From a virus (taxonomy: Duplodnaviria; Caudoviricetes): a stretch of 64,000 bases of DNA. Below, one piece after another: positions 19,880 to 30,832 of the stretch. The position numbers were made by a program, and so were the translations under genes. The stretch is from the IMG/VR virus record IMGVR_UViG_3300033146_000616, positions 279-64,278 of that record; one strand, 5' to 3'. Position 1 is the stretch's first letter. Each line of letters starts with the position of its first letter. Under the pieces are notes generated by a model. It saw only the letters and a program-made list of their open reading frames with translations, searched no databases and was not told the DNA's origin.

Positions 19880-21667
19880 TTAATCTTCTTTATATGGAAT
19901 AAGTTTACCGTTTTTCAAAATCAATTCTTCAGTGCCGTTAGAGATAATATCACCTTCTTTTAGTGTATTAATGATATCGGCTTTCTTCTTATTATTTTCG
20001 AGTACTTTTATTTCCCTAAATGCTTTCTGGACTTCTTGTTGAATTAATGTAGCTAATTCATTTTTGAGTGATGAATTTAACATTTCCTCTTTAGGTTCCT
20101 TAGGTTCTTCGCCTTCAGGTTCTTCACCAGAATTAGGTTGAGCGAATGTAGGTTGTTCACCATCAACACCATCTTGCGGCACTACATCATCACCCTCTTT
20201 TTTCTCTTCTTCACGGGATTTCTTGATTTCGGCAATTTCTTCTTCAGTTTGGGAAAGAATTTCTCTCCGAACCCAATCTTTAGATAGGAAATCATTTTCA
20301 ATCATATCTAAAGCTCCCGCCGCAATACCCATTCTCATTTCTAATAATTGCAATTTCTTAATATCAGAATATGGATTATTATTAGCATATTTGAAATTGA
20401 TTTTCTCTTGTATAATATCCCAATCTTGAAGTTTGATAACTTTTTTAGCTAACAAATCTTTCTTGATTAGGTCAACAAACATATTATTGAAACGTCTTCG
20501 TAACCTAAGCACGAATTTGAAAAACTTTAATTCATCCTTCTCAACATCAATAGAGTTGTTAATTTGAATTGTATTTTCTTGGTCACGTCTTGAACGAGGG
20601 ATATTCATTCCCTTATAGATTTTATTAACGAAATAATCTAAATGTTCCATTGATTCCATGCCACCAGATTGTGCGGCTAAAGTATCAATTTGTGTTCCTC
20701 TACCTTGAGCATTTCTAGGCAACCAGAAATCTTCTAATATAGATATTGATTTAGATCTATTTTCTAATGAACCATCATCCGCATTATAAACTTTCTTCTG
20801 TCTATACTTCGAAATCAAACGCTTGATATATTCTTCAGCTTTAGATTTTGGTAAGTTACCAGTGTCAATATAGAATACACGTTTTTCGGTTGAACGAGTG
20901 ATATGCCAAATAACAACCGCATCTTCCAAAAGATTCAATTGATTGATTGGTTTAACGACTTTCTGGAGATATGACATTGGAGTTTTACCGTCATTAGTCC
21001 ACATACCAGAAACGATTTGTGTTAACTGTTCTAGTTCAAAGACTCTCTCAGATTTTTTAATATCAGCGGCAAAATTTGAAGTTGGTTTATCAGATTTGAT
21101 AATATATTTAACTTCATTAGTCGCTTTATTTTTAATCTTCCAAATATTAAAGGGAGTTAATACAATTAATTTTTGGATACCTTCTTTGATTTTATTATTG
21201 TCATAAACAGCTTCAATATTCAACTGTCCATCGACATACCATTTCTTAAATAAATCTTCGCCTTTTAGGTTAAACTCTAGCATGAATAAGATATGCTGGA
21301 AAGACTCGATAATTTTCTCTTTAATTTTCTTAGAGATTTCTAAGTCATCTAAGTTGATTTCGATAACTTGTTCTTGTTCATCAAAAACAATAGCTTCACC
21401 CACGATTTCATTAACCGCTTCATCAACTTCAGGATTCCAAACAGCTTTACGCCATTTACCAATCATTTCTCTTCGGTTAGCGAAAGCTGTATGGTCTTCT
21501 AAAGATGAATTAGTATAAGCACCGAACGGGTCATAGCTTATATAATTGGATTCTAGATCTTTTTCTTCAGAAGAAGTGGATAATTTCTTTTTAGATTCTA
21601 AATCCGCTTGAGCTTTAGCGTATATCGGTTTTGCTAATTCTTCAGTTAAAGTACTAATAATTCCCAT
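19880..21667 (-). CDS. gp20: portal vertex protein
   Basis: PEVDEAVNEIV, WYVDG, NQLNLLEDAVVI, RVFYIDTGNLPKSKAEEY, EDFWLPR, DELKF. Confidence 0.97.
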   Translation of the reverse strand: MGIISTLTEELAKPIYAKAQADLESKKKLSTSSEEKDLESNYISYDPFGAYTNSSLEDHTAFANRREMIGKWRKAVWNPEVDEAVNEIVGEAIVFDEQEQVIEINLDDLEISKKIKEKIIESFQHILFMLEFNLKGEDLFKKWYVDGQLNIEAVYDNNKIKEGIQKLIVLTPFNIWKIKNKATNEVKYIIKSDKPTSNFAADIKKSERVFELEQLTQIVSGMWTNDGKTPMSYLQKVVKPINQLNLLEDAVVIWHITRSTEKRVFYIDTGNLPKSKAEEYIKRLISKYRQKKVYNADDGSLENRSKSISILEDFWLPRNAQGRGTQIDTLAAQSGGMESMEHLDYFVNKIYKGMNIPRSRRDQENTIQINNSIDVEKDELKFFKFVLRLRRRFNNMFVDLIKKDLLAKKVIKLQDWDIIQEKINFKYANNNPYSDIKKLQLLEMRMGIAAGALDMIENDFLSKDWVRREILSQTEEEIAEIKKSREEEKKEGDDVVPQDGVDGEQPTFAQPNSGEEPEGEEPKEPKEEMLNSSLKNELATLIQQEVQKAFREIKVLENNKKKADIINTLKEGDIISNGTEELILKNGKLIPYKED

Positions 21668-21676
21668 TTTATTTCC

Positions 21677-22132
21677 TTATTTTTTCTTGGTAGGATTGCG
21701 GAAACCTCTAGTAAGGTTTTTAATCCACGAATCATATTTAAATCTAGCTTTATATTTCCGTACACCCAGAACTTTATCCCATTTTTCTCTAGGAACTTCT
21801 TGAAGATTAGTAATCCTAGATAAATGGTAACGTCTAATAGCAACAATTGCCCATTTGACTTTTCCAGCTCTCACGAAATTATAATAGAGTTTCGTTCGTT
21901 TTATTTTTTTATGTCCTAATTTACCTTGTGCGAAATACTTCATTAGAAATTCAACAAATTCGGCTCTTTGATGATTAGGAATCCAGTGAAGGTTCACAGC
22001 CAAAAGTGATTTTCGAGTAATATCTAAAGGTATAATTAAAGGAGCAGTATCCCAAACTTTCAATTTACCTTTACCCGCTGGATTTCTGTATCTAAAAAAA
22101 TATATAGCAGAATCTTTTAGTTGTCTAGCCAT
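21677..22132 (-). CDS. gp2: DNA end-protector protein
   Basis: F.Y...K.KL..WD..PLI, NLHWIP, RRY motifs; adjacent to gp4. Confidence 0.8.
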   Translation of the reverse strand: MARQLKDSAIYFFRYRNPAGKGKLKVWDTAPLIIPLDITRKSLLAVNLHWIPNHQRAEFVEFLMKYFAQGKLGHKKIKRTKLYYNFVRAGKVKWAIVAIRRYHLSRITNLQEVPREKWDKVLGVRKYKARFKYDSWIKNLTRGFRNPTKKK

Positions 22133-22165
22133 AGTTTATTACTCCTAGTGTTATTTATAACTTAG

Positions 22166-22639
22166 CTAAACAGGGATATCTTTCTCAGTAAGGATGATAA
22201 ATGAAATATCTTTACCTAGATGTTGTTGTTGTTCGCAAAACTTTCGAGCCGCCGCCCATTTTGCTTGATTTTTCAAATATGTCATTACTCTATTTTGATG
22301 TGCTTTAGTTTGTCGTTTTGGTTTTGGTGGTGGTTGAGTTTGTGCGTGTGGTTTTATTTCAATAACATATTCTTTTATATCGCCATTCTTATCTTTTATC
22401 TTCATCCAGAAATCAGTGAAATATCTATGTGATCTAATAGTTTTTTTCACTGGGTCTAAAAAGTCATATTTTATTACTATCGACTCTGATGACCAATATA
22501 AAACACTTGAATTTTTATCTAACCATGTTGCGAACTTTATCTCCCACCCAGATCTTAATGTTATAGGCATTATCCCCTTGTATTTATTAGGATTTTTGAG
22601 ATATTTTTCAAAATTAGCAATTTGATAGTATTTACCCAT
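22166..22639 (-). CDS. gp4: head completion nuclease
   Basis: NPNKYKG, RSGWE, WSSE, HRYFTDF, EIKP, NQAKWAAA, LTE. Confidence 0.95.
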   Translation of the reverse strand: MGKYYQIANFEKYLKNPNKYKGIMPITLRSGWEIKFATWLDKNSSVLYWSSESIVIKYDFLDPVKKTIRSHRYFTDFWMKIKDKNGDIKEYVIEIKPHAQTQPPPKPKRQTKAHQNRVMTYLKNQAKWAAARKFCEQQQHLGKDISFIILTEKDIPV

Positions 22640-22650
22640 TATCTAAACCA

Positions 22651-23133
22651 TTATTGACCGATAGTGTAGTAATCATACTGAATATCAACACTAAAGGTAA
22701 TAGGGTCATCTTCAGAAGTTGTATGAGATAATTGGAGATCCGAAACAGTTTCAATCCAAGCATCATAAAATGTGATAACATGTTGATAATTATTTTTGTT
22801 AGTTAGAATCATTAATTTAGCATCAAATGTTTCATCAGGACCACCGAGTTCGCCAGTTTCTGGATTCTTGATTCTAAAACAGTATTTATGACATTCGATA
22901 ATTGCTTTCAAGTCTTCATCACAAACAACCGTAGCAGATAATTGGTTCCAAGTGATATTGTCGCCCGGACGTTGTTGATTTTGTGCCATATAAGGAACTT
23001 CCATAGCACCGATAGACCAGCCAGGAATATTACATTCTTGGACAAAAAATTCGACCGTATGTTCTGGTTGTTCTAATAACAATTTGAATTGTGCTGATTT
23101 TAGTAGATTGATATTATTACAGTAATCAGTCAT
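22651..23133 (-). CDS. gp3: tail completion / tube terminator protein
   Basis: FFVQECNIPG, PGD, DEDL, F.DAW..S.L pattern. Confidence 0.85.
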   Translation of the reverse strand: MTDYCNNINLLKSAQFKLLLEQPEHTVEFFVQECNIPGWSIGAMEVPYMAQNQQRPGDNITWNQLSATVVCDEDLKAIIECHKYCFRIKNPETGELGGPDETFDAKLMILTNKNNYQHVITFYDAWIETVSDLQLSHTTSEDDPITFSVDIQYDYYTIGQ

Positions 23134-23142
23134 ATTATTTCC

Positions 23143-24039
23143 TTAATCTAATAAGTGTTTGATTGCATCATAGTGACCGTTAAATTCGATACCTTCATAA
23201 TTTTTAATGTGCATATCTTTGAACACAATATTAGCTTCGATTAATTTGTCGTAATGTCTGTTAGACAATTTACATTGGATGAGATGGTCATACATTCTAT
23301 AATCTAAAGTTAATTTAACAGCATCAGGAGCAGTATGGTATTTAGAGATGATATGAATTAATTGGTCTAACCAAGTTGTATCATCTATAAAATCATTAGT
23401 CATAATAATATTTATTTGTTCACCAGATTGAGCTATTTTTTCGTGAACATCACAAGTACCATCATGTATACAACGTTTAGTACCAGTTTGTTGTTTATCA
23501 AATTCTACTTTATATGCTTCCAGATAATCAGCACCAAAAGATTGACAATTGAATTGAGCGGCTAAAACTAGATACAGGAACAATTCATACCAAGCACGAA
23601 TTTCTTCGAACAATTCATTTAGTTCTTGTTCTACGCCAGTTTCTTTTTCTTCTTTCAGGAGAGCTAATATATTTTCATATTTTTTTTCAATAAGAGAGAA
23701 GAATTTTTCATCTTGGTATTCTTGGAGTAATTGGAATGTAAGTACTAATTTATTGGATACACGTTCATTTTGATAAAGTGATTGATAAACTTCTTTATTA
23801 AACCAGTCTCTAAGGTCATCTAAATTAGTAGATAATTCTAAATTATAATCTTCTAGGAACTTCAAAGTTCTGGCACCCAATTTGATTATAATTTTTTCAA
23901 CGGCGTATGTGAATTGTGAGAATATTTCTTGTTTACAAAAGCACATTCTACTCGCAAATTTCTTATTATTGAGTACTTTCTCATATTGGACTTGAATATG
24001 ATGAATTAACGACATTAAATCTACAGGAAATGATTTCAT
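23143..24039 (-). CDS. hypothetical protein
   Basis: 298-aa ORF with RBS. Confidence 0.65.
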   Translation of the reverse strand: MKSFPVDLMSLIHHIQVQYEKVLNNKKFASRMCFCKQEIFSQFTYAVEKIIIKLGARTLKFLEDYNLELSTNLDDLRDWFNKEVYQSLYQNERVSNKLVLTFQLLQEYQDEKFFSLIEKKYENILALLKEEKETGVEQELNELFEEIRAWYELFLYLVLAAQFNCQSFGADYLEAYKVEFDKQQTGTKRCIHDGTCDVHEKIAQSGEQINIIMTNDFIDDTTWLDQLIHIISKYHTAPDAVKLTLDYRMYDHLIQCKLSNRHYDKLIEANIVFKDMHIKNYEGIEFNGHYDAIKHLLD

Positions 24040-24050
24040 TGTTTTTAACC

Positions 24051-24707
24051 TTAATACTCAGAATCGGTTAGTTTATCGACTGAGCCGGAACGTGGATTGG
24101 GTTGTTTGGATTTATAATTCATATTTTTGATAATTTCTACACCCACTTTTAAATTTTCTCTAAGTTCATATAAACCTTCGCCATTAAATGCTTGGTCAAT
24201 ATGTTTAGTAGTTTTTAATGAGTCTATCAATTTTATCAAGAAAGTAGTTGTATCAATTTTAGCATTCACTAACGAATTCATTTGTTTGGATGTTTTTTCT
24301 GTACTAAACTCTAAATGAGAAGCATAATCTTCTAATGTCATTTCTAAATTATTCATTTGTTCGATAAAGATACCCATATTTTCCCTAAGTTTATCTTGAT
24401 CACCATTTATTCCAGATATTATTTCATTGAGTTTTAAAACAGCATCTCTAATTTCTTCGTATTCTTTTAATAAGCCTTCATTGAAAACATTTTGATCAGT
24501 AATAATAGAAAATAAGGTAGCATAAGTGTCAGTTGTGGGGAGTAATGATAATTTATCCATTATGACATCATCTAACTGTTTAACGTGATTCATTAATGGA
24601 GCTATAACCAAGATATAGATAACTATAGTTACAGAAACTACACCAAGAGCGAAATAAGCTGATGTTGATATGTTGGTTATAAATTCTAAAACCACATTAT
24701 TCTCCAT
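24051..24707 (-). CDS. single-TM coiled-coil membrane protein
   Basis: N-terminal hydrophobic helix (AYFALGVVSVTIVIYILVIAPL) followed by a heptad-rich region. Confidence 0.65.
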   Translation of the reverse strand: MENNVVLEFITNISTSAYFALGVVSVTIVIYILVIAPLMNHVKQLDDVIMDKLSLLPTTDTYATLFSIITDQNVFNEGLLKEYEEIRDAVLKLNEIISGINGDQDKLRENMGIFIEQMNNLEMTLEDYASHLEFSTEKTSKQMNSLVNAKIDTTTFLIKLIDSLKTTKHIDQAFNGEGLYELRENLKVGVEIIKNMNYKSKQPNPRSGSVDKLTDSEY

Positions 24708-25062
24708 GTATGAACAACGTTTTAGTGTTGTTCACATCTTCTAAATATATACTAATCGCATGGTTTCTTGGAATAGTATAGCATTCCCCAAGATCATCAC
24801 TTTCAAAACATAGTTGATTTACATAAAATGTTTCTAAGAATAATTTACCCTGTGAACGTCTATTTAAAGCATTAGTAGTTAAACCAAAAATAAAGATGAA
24901 TAAGAAACACGTTAATATCAAAGTTATGATTCTATTATAACTTCCGATATTTAGAAACTTATTTTTCTCTTCTTTAACTATTATACCATCTTTATTGACT
25001 GAATATTTAACATGATATGCCATCTTCTCATAAATTAAATTTATTATATTAGATATTTCCAT
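24697..25062 (-). CDS. membrane protein
   Basis: One central TM helix. Confidence 0.6.
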   Translation of the reverse strand: MEISNIINLIYEKMAYHVKYSVNKDGIIVKEEKNKFLNIGSYNRIITLILTCFLFIFIFGLTTNALNRRSQGKLFLETFYVNQLCFESDDLGECYTIPRNHAISIYLEDVNNTKTLFIHGE

Positions 25063-25064
25063 TG

Positions 25065-26093
25065 TTACCTCAAGAAGTCAATAAAATCATTTTTGAATTT
25101 CAATAATTTATATCCACCCATTATATCACTAACCCGTCTTTCATTCATGATAAAAAATAATTCTTCTCGACCAAACACATTCTCAGATTTATTAATTCTT
25201 TCCGCTAATAATATTTCTAAATTTAGATCATCAATATGTTTATTGTCTGGATATTTCTTATATGATTGATATTCATTAAATGGAACATGTGCTAAACTAA
25301 AACAAAGATATTTGGTACTATCTTCAAAAATACCTAACTCGAAATGTTTTCTATTATGAGATGATATAATACTCATAATTTCGTCTTTTAATTCTGTATC
25401 TCTAATTTGTTTTATAATTGGTATAATAATGCCTTGTGGTTTTAATTGTAGATCTAAAATTGTATTTTTTAATGATTGTAGTGAAGTAACGGTTTTGATT
25501 TCTATATTAAACTTACTATATTTCAATAATAGTACTTTAATATAGTTTGCTATTCTCAGGCTATATCCGTCTTCATCTCTTAGTATATAATAATTGTTAA
25601 ATTCTACTCCATTACGTTTTATATAATACATAAAGGTTGAGAAATTGATTTCAGAAAAACTAACAAAATAACCTTTATGTTCTTCATTAAACAATTGTTC
25701 AAAATAATCAGAGTCTTTCAAGAAATTAAATAATCCAACTCGTATACCTAGCCTATCCCTAAATTCCATAATTTCTTTATTGTACAATATAAATGTTGTT
25801 TGAGAGGCGATTATTAGTAATTCTGGTGATTTATTTTCAACACGTACTAATGCTTTTTTAATTTTTTGGTCCATTTTATTTTCGGAACATTGAGAATCAC
25901 AATTCATGAATATACGTGTTATGTTATATTTTGGATCTGATAGATATTTGTTTAGTTCCCTGCTTAGTACTTCACAATTTTGGTTAGCATAAGATTTATC
26001 AAATAATACTACAATATTATGGGTTTCTGTTTTTTTAGCGTATGATATAGATGAGATCAAACAAAACATTATAGAAATTAAAATTATTTTCAT
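25065..26093 (-). CDS. exported protein, periplasmic-binding-protein-like
   Basis: Signal peptide MKIILISIMFCLISSISYA; alternating alpha/beta pattern; late promoter at 26128-26135. Confidence 0.55.
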   Translation of the reverse strand: MKIILISIMFCLISSISYAKKTETHNIVVLFDKSYANQNCEVLSRELNKYLSDPKYNITRIFMNCDSQCSENKMDQKIKKALVRVENKSPELLIIASQTTFILYNKEIMEFRDRLGIRVGLFNFLKDSDYFEQLFNEEHKGYFVSFSEINFSTFMYYIKRNGVEFNNYYILRDEDGYSLRIANYIKVLLLKYSKFNIEIKTVTSLQSLKNTILDLQLKPQGIIIPIIKQIRDTELKDEIMSIISSHNRKHFELGIFEDSTKYLCFSLAHVPFNEYQSYKKYPDNKHIDDLNLEILLAERINKSENVFGREELFFIMNERRVSDIMGGYKLLKFKNDFIDFLR

Positions 26094-26140
26094 GACTCAC
26101 CTTTCGTAAAGTTGATATACCTATATGTATTTATAAACAT

Positions 26141-26173
26141 AAAAAAAGAGGATGCTAATTAAAGCATCCTCTT
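26141..26173 (-). terminator. rho-independent terminator after gp19
   Basis: AAGAGGATGCT/AGCATCCTCTT stem plus U-tract. Confidence 0.88.
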
Positions 26174-26199
26174 AGTAAAACTAAAATGTTATAGATTGA

Positions 26200-26706
26200 T
26201 TAGACACGTTCCCAATAATCCATTCCAAGTGAAACACCAAACTCAGACATTTGATCAGTTGATTCGGAGTTAAGGTCAACGGCATCTAATTGTTTCGGCC
26301 AAACACCGAACATTTTGAAAGAGGCAATAGTCTCACCTTTTCTACCGAGCAATTGAACAGTAGCGTCAACTTTATAATCGCCTTGTGCTTCACGATCATT
26401 AGAAGTTTGATCTGCTATGTATTTCATCCAATCTTCAAATGTTTTTCTACCAACTTGGTCATAATCATTAATGAATGTTAATGTTAGATCATCGAAAGTA
26501 GGGTCGCCAGCGATTTTGTTTTGCATTCCTTGCCAGTTTAAGATAATTTCACCAATAGTCTTAGAAGGTAATTGAGCACCCTTACAAAGATATGAAATTG
26601 TCTCGGCATCTGCACCAGAAACTGGTGAAGCGAATGAAAACAAAAATCTGTTGGGACGGGCTACATCACCAACTTTAGCTTTGAAATCATTTAATGCGAT
26701 TCCCAT
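26200..26706 (-). CDS. gp19: tail tube protein
   Basis: ARPNRF, CKGAQLPS, IAGDPTFDD, FEDW, GVWP, DYWE. Confidence 0.95.
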   Translation of the reverse strand: MGIALNDFKAKVGDVARPNRFLFSFASPVSGADAETISYLCKGAQLPSKTIGEIILNWQGMQNKIAGDPTFDDLTLTFINDYDQVGRKTFEDWMKYIADQTSNDREAQGDYKVDATVQLLGRKGETIASFKMFGVWPKQLDAVDLNSESTDQMSEFGVSLGMDYWERV

Positions 26707-26722
26707 GATTTTCTCCTTTATA

Positions 26723-28786
26723 TTATCGAGCGATTAACTCTTCGAAATTAGCATCAGTACGAGTCACATTCATATTAATCTGAATGAACTCAGCGACTTT
26801 AGTAGGTTTAATATATACGTCAATAATCAACGCATTTTTGTCAATAACTTCTGCTGTATTATTAGAGTTATCAATAACAACCAAGAAATCATAGATTCCA
26901 CGGCGACCTTTAACATCACGCAAGAATGGTTCAATTAAACCACGTAATCTAGCACGAGTGAACTCGTCATTGAATTCGAATAACGCATATCGTGAAGCGG
27001 AAGCAATTGCTTTTTCAACAGTAATAAGCAATCTACGAACATTAACTCTATCAAATGCTGAAGGTTTAGCAAATGAAGTTTTTTGACCCCAAACAATCAT
27101 TACGCCTTCGCCAGGAACTGACATAACAGGATTGATTGAATTAACATACATATCATCACGATTTTGTTTGTTAGGATTAAAAGCAGGTTTAATCGAGTTA
27201 CGAATCTTACCACGTTCTAAACCAGCAAATGCCCACCAAGGATCTCGATTAGCATCAGTTTGTGCGGCTAAACCAGCAATATCACCAGCGATACATAACC
27301 AACGATTTACATCATTGAATTTGTCATACTGATATTTCATATTTCCGTAAATAGCAGAATATGAATTGAAGGTATAGAATGTTCCAGCAACTGGAGCAGT
27401 TTGTGAACCAAATTCAGCAATCAAATATTGCGAAGCATCAGTTGCTGATTTACCAACAATAGACTGATAATCATAAGGAGCAACAATTGCTAAACAATCT
27501 TTCCGAGTAGCGGCAATCGTTGAAGCTCTATTCATATCTAATTGATGAGATACTAACAAGTTGATATCGAAAGACTCAGGATCAGCAAATGAATCAAATG
27601 CTGTCATTACGTCACTTTGAGTATAACCAATTGGATCATAAATCCATTTATCAAATGTTGAACCATCAGCTAAGAATTGCTTCTTACGTGGATATAACCA
27701 TTCTGGTTCAGTAGCTTCTACATTAATAGCTGTACCAGTTAATTTCATCAATTCAGAACCTGATGTATTGATGTCATTAGGATACTCTAAATTATAACGT
27801 CCATAAAGAACTTCTGATGATTTGAACAAAGTTTCGTCAACAAAGATATTCCGTCCTTCTGAATCCCGACCTGATTCTTTTTTCGACAATACATATTCTT
27901 CAATATTCTGATATTCACCATCATCATTAGTACTGAATACGATAAGAGCAAATTCACCTTTAGTAAACTCAGGTGGATATTCAAAGAATTTAGAAAAATC
28001 AACTAATGAACCATCAGCATTAACTAAATCACCATCAAACATCTCTTCACGATATGATTTAACAGCATCCGATAAAGCAACATTAAATGTCATTTCACCA
28101 GAAATAGCGGCATCTGAGGCATCAACAATATGAGGAGTAACATTCAATGAAGTAGCACCAACAGAAACAACAGAATAAGTATTTCCGTCATAAACGAAAG
28201 TATCACCAGTAACCATTGTGTTATAAGTGAATTCAATATCAGATGAACCGTTATCACCAGTTGAGTCAAAAATTGGTGCTGATACTAATTTATGAAGTCC
28301 TTCAGCAGAAAATGGCTTATTCCATTCTGATGCTGACATACAAATAGCAACAGCTAATTTTTGATCTGATGATACTTGTTTGTTATAAAGTTGTAAGCCT
28401 TCAGGAACCATACCTTCTAAGGTAAGTTCAGCCATATCGGAATTGAATAATTTCTCTTGAGATAATTGTTCAGCTTTAACAATACCTGCGGCAGAAGTTA
28501 ATTCCATACCTGCGTTTTGAACTTCATTGTCCATTGCTCGGACCATGTAAAGAGAACTTGAATACTGTAAGAAGTTCCAAGCATTATACCAATCTTGGTA
28601 ATTGAATGCTGTAGGTTCTCCAAAAGCAGAAACTAGATCTCTTTCTGATGTTATCGACTTAATTGTTAGGGATTCGCCAACTGCAGAACGAATAACCATA
28701 CCTGTTTTAGCACTAGGTAAGTTAGGAACTGATAAAGTTAGATCGAACTCTCTAACATCGACTGAGGGAGATAGTGAAAATGCCAT
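26723..28786 (-). CDS. gp18: tail sheath protein
   Basis: SPSVDVRE, YDKFNDVNRW, AGLERG, FDRVNVRRL, LFEFNDEFTR; late promoter at 28893-28900. Confidence 0.97.
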   Translation of the reverse strand: MAFSLSPSVDVREFDLTLSVPNLPSAKTGMVIRSAVGESLTIKSITSERDLVSAFGEPTAFNYQDWYNAWNFLQYSSSLYMVRAMDNEVQNAGMELTSAAGIVKAEQLSQEKLFNSDMAELTLEGMVPEGLQLYNKQVSSDQKLAVAICMSASEWNKPFSAEGLHKLVSAPIFDSTGDNGSSDIEFTYNTMVTGDTFVYDGNTYSVVSVGATSLNVTPHIVDASDAAISGEMTFNVALSDAVKSYREEMFDGDLVNADGSLVDFSKFFEYPPEFTKGEFALIVFSTNDDGEYQNIEEYVLSKKESGRDSEGRNIFVDETLFKSSEVLYGRYNLEYPNDINTSGSELMKLTGTAINVEATEPEWLYPRKKQFLADGSTFDKWIYDPIGYTQSDVMTAFDSFADPESFDINLLVSHQLDMNRASTIAATRKDCLAIVAPYDYQSIVGKSATDASQYLIAEFGSQTAPVAGTFYTFNSYSAIYGNMKYQYDKFNDVNRWLCIAGDIAGLAAQTDANRDPWWAFAGLERGKIRNSIKPAFNPNKQNRDDMYVNSINPVMSVPGEGVMIVWGQKTSFAKPSAFDRVNVRRLLITVEKAIASASRYALFEFNDEFTRARLRGLIEPFLRDVKGRRGIYDFLVVIDNSNNTAEVIDKNALIIDVYIKPTKVAEFIQINMNVTRTDANFEELIAR

Positions 28787-28913
28787 CTTAATACTCCTAA
28801 GTGAGTTATGGGTTGATATAAATCAAGACGTAATTGTACACGGATTTACGTCAATTAATTAATTTATATTATGTTTTTGTACCGTATATATTTATTTATA
28901 AAAGTTTCATTTT

Positions 28914-30644
28914 TTAATCAAACAACCACGAGGAATTTTCACCCATATCATCTCTTAATCCATCATCAACAACACCGAACGCAGGTAATTCTTCTTCAAT
29001 CGCTACTTCAGTTTCTTTTAATCTATCTTCGTTAAATAATACATTCGCCATTTGTTTCATATCAGTAAACGCATCAAATTCGGGTCTAGTGGTGAAAAAT
29101 AAAGTTCCCATCAAAGACATAACCAAATCATCCGCATATGTAGCTTCTGCCGCAAATGAACCATTCTTTTGTCTAATGAATGTAGATAATTCCTCTATTG
29201 TATACGCATCATTAATTTTTAATTTCCCTCGTTCAATCCAACCTTTTAGATTAGAACAACCTAACCGCTTTGTCTTAGTTGTAGTTCTATAACCAGCAAT
29301 ATTTGGCTTCTCATAAAATACATTCTCATATTCAAAATCATAAGCTAATGAATCCACTATCTGTTGACCAATCTCGTTATTCTCAACAAACGCATATGCC
29401 CAATTATAATATCTACCTATCGTATAAGCAATTTCTGGAATTTGTAGATAATGCATTCCATTAGCGGCTTGGAAGACAGCTACTTGTTGAAATGGATATC
29501 TTGTGATATCAATAATTTGAATAGCAACAGGGTCGCCAGATGAATTTTCAGTTAATTTAGATGAATCAACTGACATGATATAAGAGTGACCTTTTTTGAT
29601 AGTTTTATAGACTCTAAGGAATTTAGCATGGTCGTTTAATAACTCATGTAATTGGGTTTCTTTTTTGTCATGAAGGAATGATAACTTCTCTAATGTATTC
29701 GAGTCGATCAAAGTTAAAGCAGAGCCTAAGAATTTACCTTCAAATTCTCGGTTAAACTCTTCGGTCGTCATATTAGAGAGTGTTTCTTTTTTCCATTTTT
29801 CATCACGTCCAGGAACTTGTGACCAATGAACCTTTATAGGGTTAAATGTATTTCTCAGATTGGGATCTTTGGTAGTTGCGGCTTGCCAATATCTATAGAA
29901 ATGATTCATACCATTAGGAGTCGATACTAGGATCGTTTTAGACGTTTTGGATGAGGATACAGTAGGATAAACAGACGAAAAGAACTCAGTCCATAGGTTC
30001 GCTGGGATAAATGCCATTTCGTCAATTATGAGTACATTTATCGAAAATGAACGAACTGCGGATGATGATGTTGCTCCTGCTAATACTGAACATCCATTCT
30101 CTAATTCGATCATGGAATTATTCCACATCTTTATACCAGATTGTAACCATTTTGGTAAGAGTTCATAAGCGACTTTAACTTTACGGAGGATATTAGTAGC
30201 GGACATAGCTTTGTTAGCAAGTACAGCAACAGATTTCTGCTCTTGGAATAAAATATAATGACAAACAAAAATTTCAAAAGAAGTAGATTTACCACAATTA
30301 TGAGATAAGATATTATTGGTGTAATATCTTTCGTTATCCGACATATATATATCATATAATTGTTGAAAAGAACCCTCTTTGATGTTCGTAATTTTTCTTG
30401 TTCCGAATTTTGATATTACTAAGTCATTAACTTTTAATTTTATAGCTTGAATGGCTTGAAACTTGGGGTTAAACAAGATATGATCAAGTGAGCAATTTAA
30501 TTCAGAATTATCATCAAAAGATAAAATCAATGTTTTTGATATATCAGTCTTCATAACACCTTGGAAATCATTCCAACCTTCGTCAGTTTCGATTTCCCAT
30601 TCGTTGTTATCTATAATTGTTACGTTCGTGTTATCTTCTATCAT
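28914..30644 (-). CDS. gp17: large terminase C-terminal part, preceded by a 116-aa split-intein IntC (30297-30644)
   Basis: ...LYDI...YYTNNILSHN|CGKST junction; LANK, IIDEMAFI, VSTPNGMNHFY, ENN, DDLVMSL. Confidence 0.95.
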   Translation of the reverse strand: MIEDNTNVTIIDNNEWEIETDEGWNDFQGVMKTDISKTLILSFDDNSELNCSLDHILFNPKFQAIQAIKLKVNDLVISKFGTRKITNIKEGSFQQLYDIYMSDNERYYTNNILSHNCGKSTSFEIFVCHYILFQEQKSVAVLANKAMSATNILRKVKVAYELLPKWLQSGIKMWNNSMIELENGCSVLAGATSSSAVRSFSINVLIIDEMAFIPANLWTEFFSSVYPTVSSSKTSKTILVSTPNGMNHFYRYWQAATTKDPNLRNTFNPIKVHWSQVPGRDEKWKKETLSNMTTEEFNREFEGKFLGSALTLIDSNTLEKLSFLHDKKETQLHELLNDHAKFLRVYKTIKKGHSYIMSVDSSKLTENSSGDPVAIQIIDITRYPFQQVAVFQAANGMHYLQIPEIAYTIGRYYNWAYAFVENNEIGQQIVDSLAYDFEYENVFYEKPNIAGYRTTTKTKRLGCSNLKGWIERGKLKINDAYTIEELSTFIRQKNGSFAAEATYADDLVMSLMGTLFFTTRPEFDAFTDMKQMANVLFNEDRLKETEVAIEEELPAFGVVDDGLRDDMGENSSWLFD

Positions 30645-30832
30645 AAATATAAACTATTCGTTAGTTCTATTTCGTTAACAACTTCTGTTGCTGTTTGTGC
30701 GTCATATGCGTGATCGTTTATTAGGTGTTCTCTTAATTTTGATATTGGACCCTCTTTAGTACATTCAGGACAACTAACTAAGAAAACGTTCGCATTTTTT
30801 GAATTCGGTTTTTTTGTTTTCATTATATTCAT
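30641..30832 (-). CDS. small C2H2 zinc-finger-like protein inside the fractured terminase locus
   Basis: CPEC...HLINDH; true start uncertain, overlaps the endonuclease end. Confidence 0.5.
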   Translation of the reverse strand: MNIMKTKKPNSKNANVFLVSCPECTKEGPISKLREHLINDHAYDAQTATEVVNEIELTNSLYL

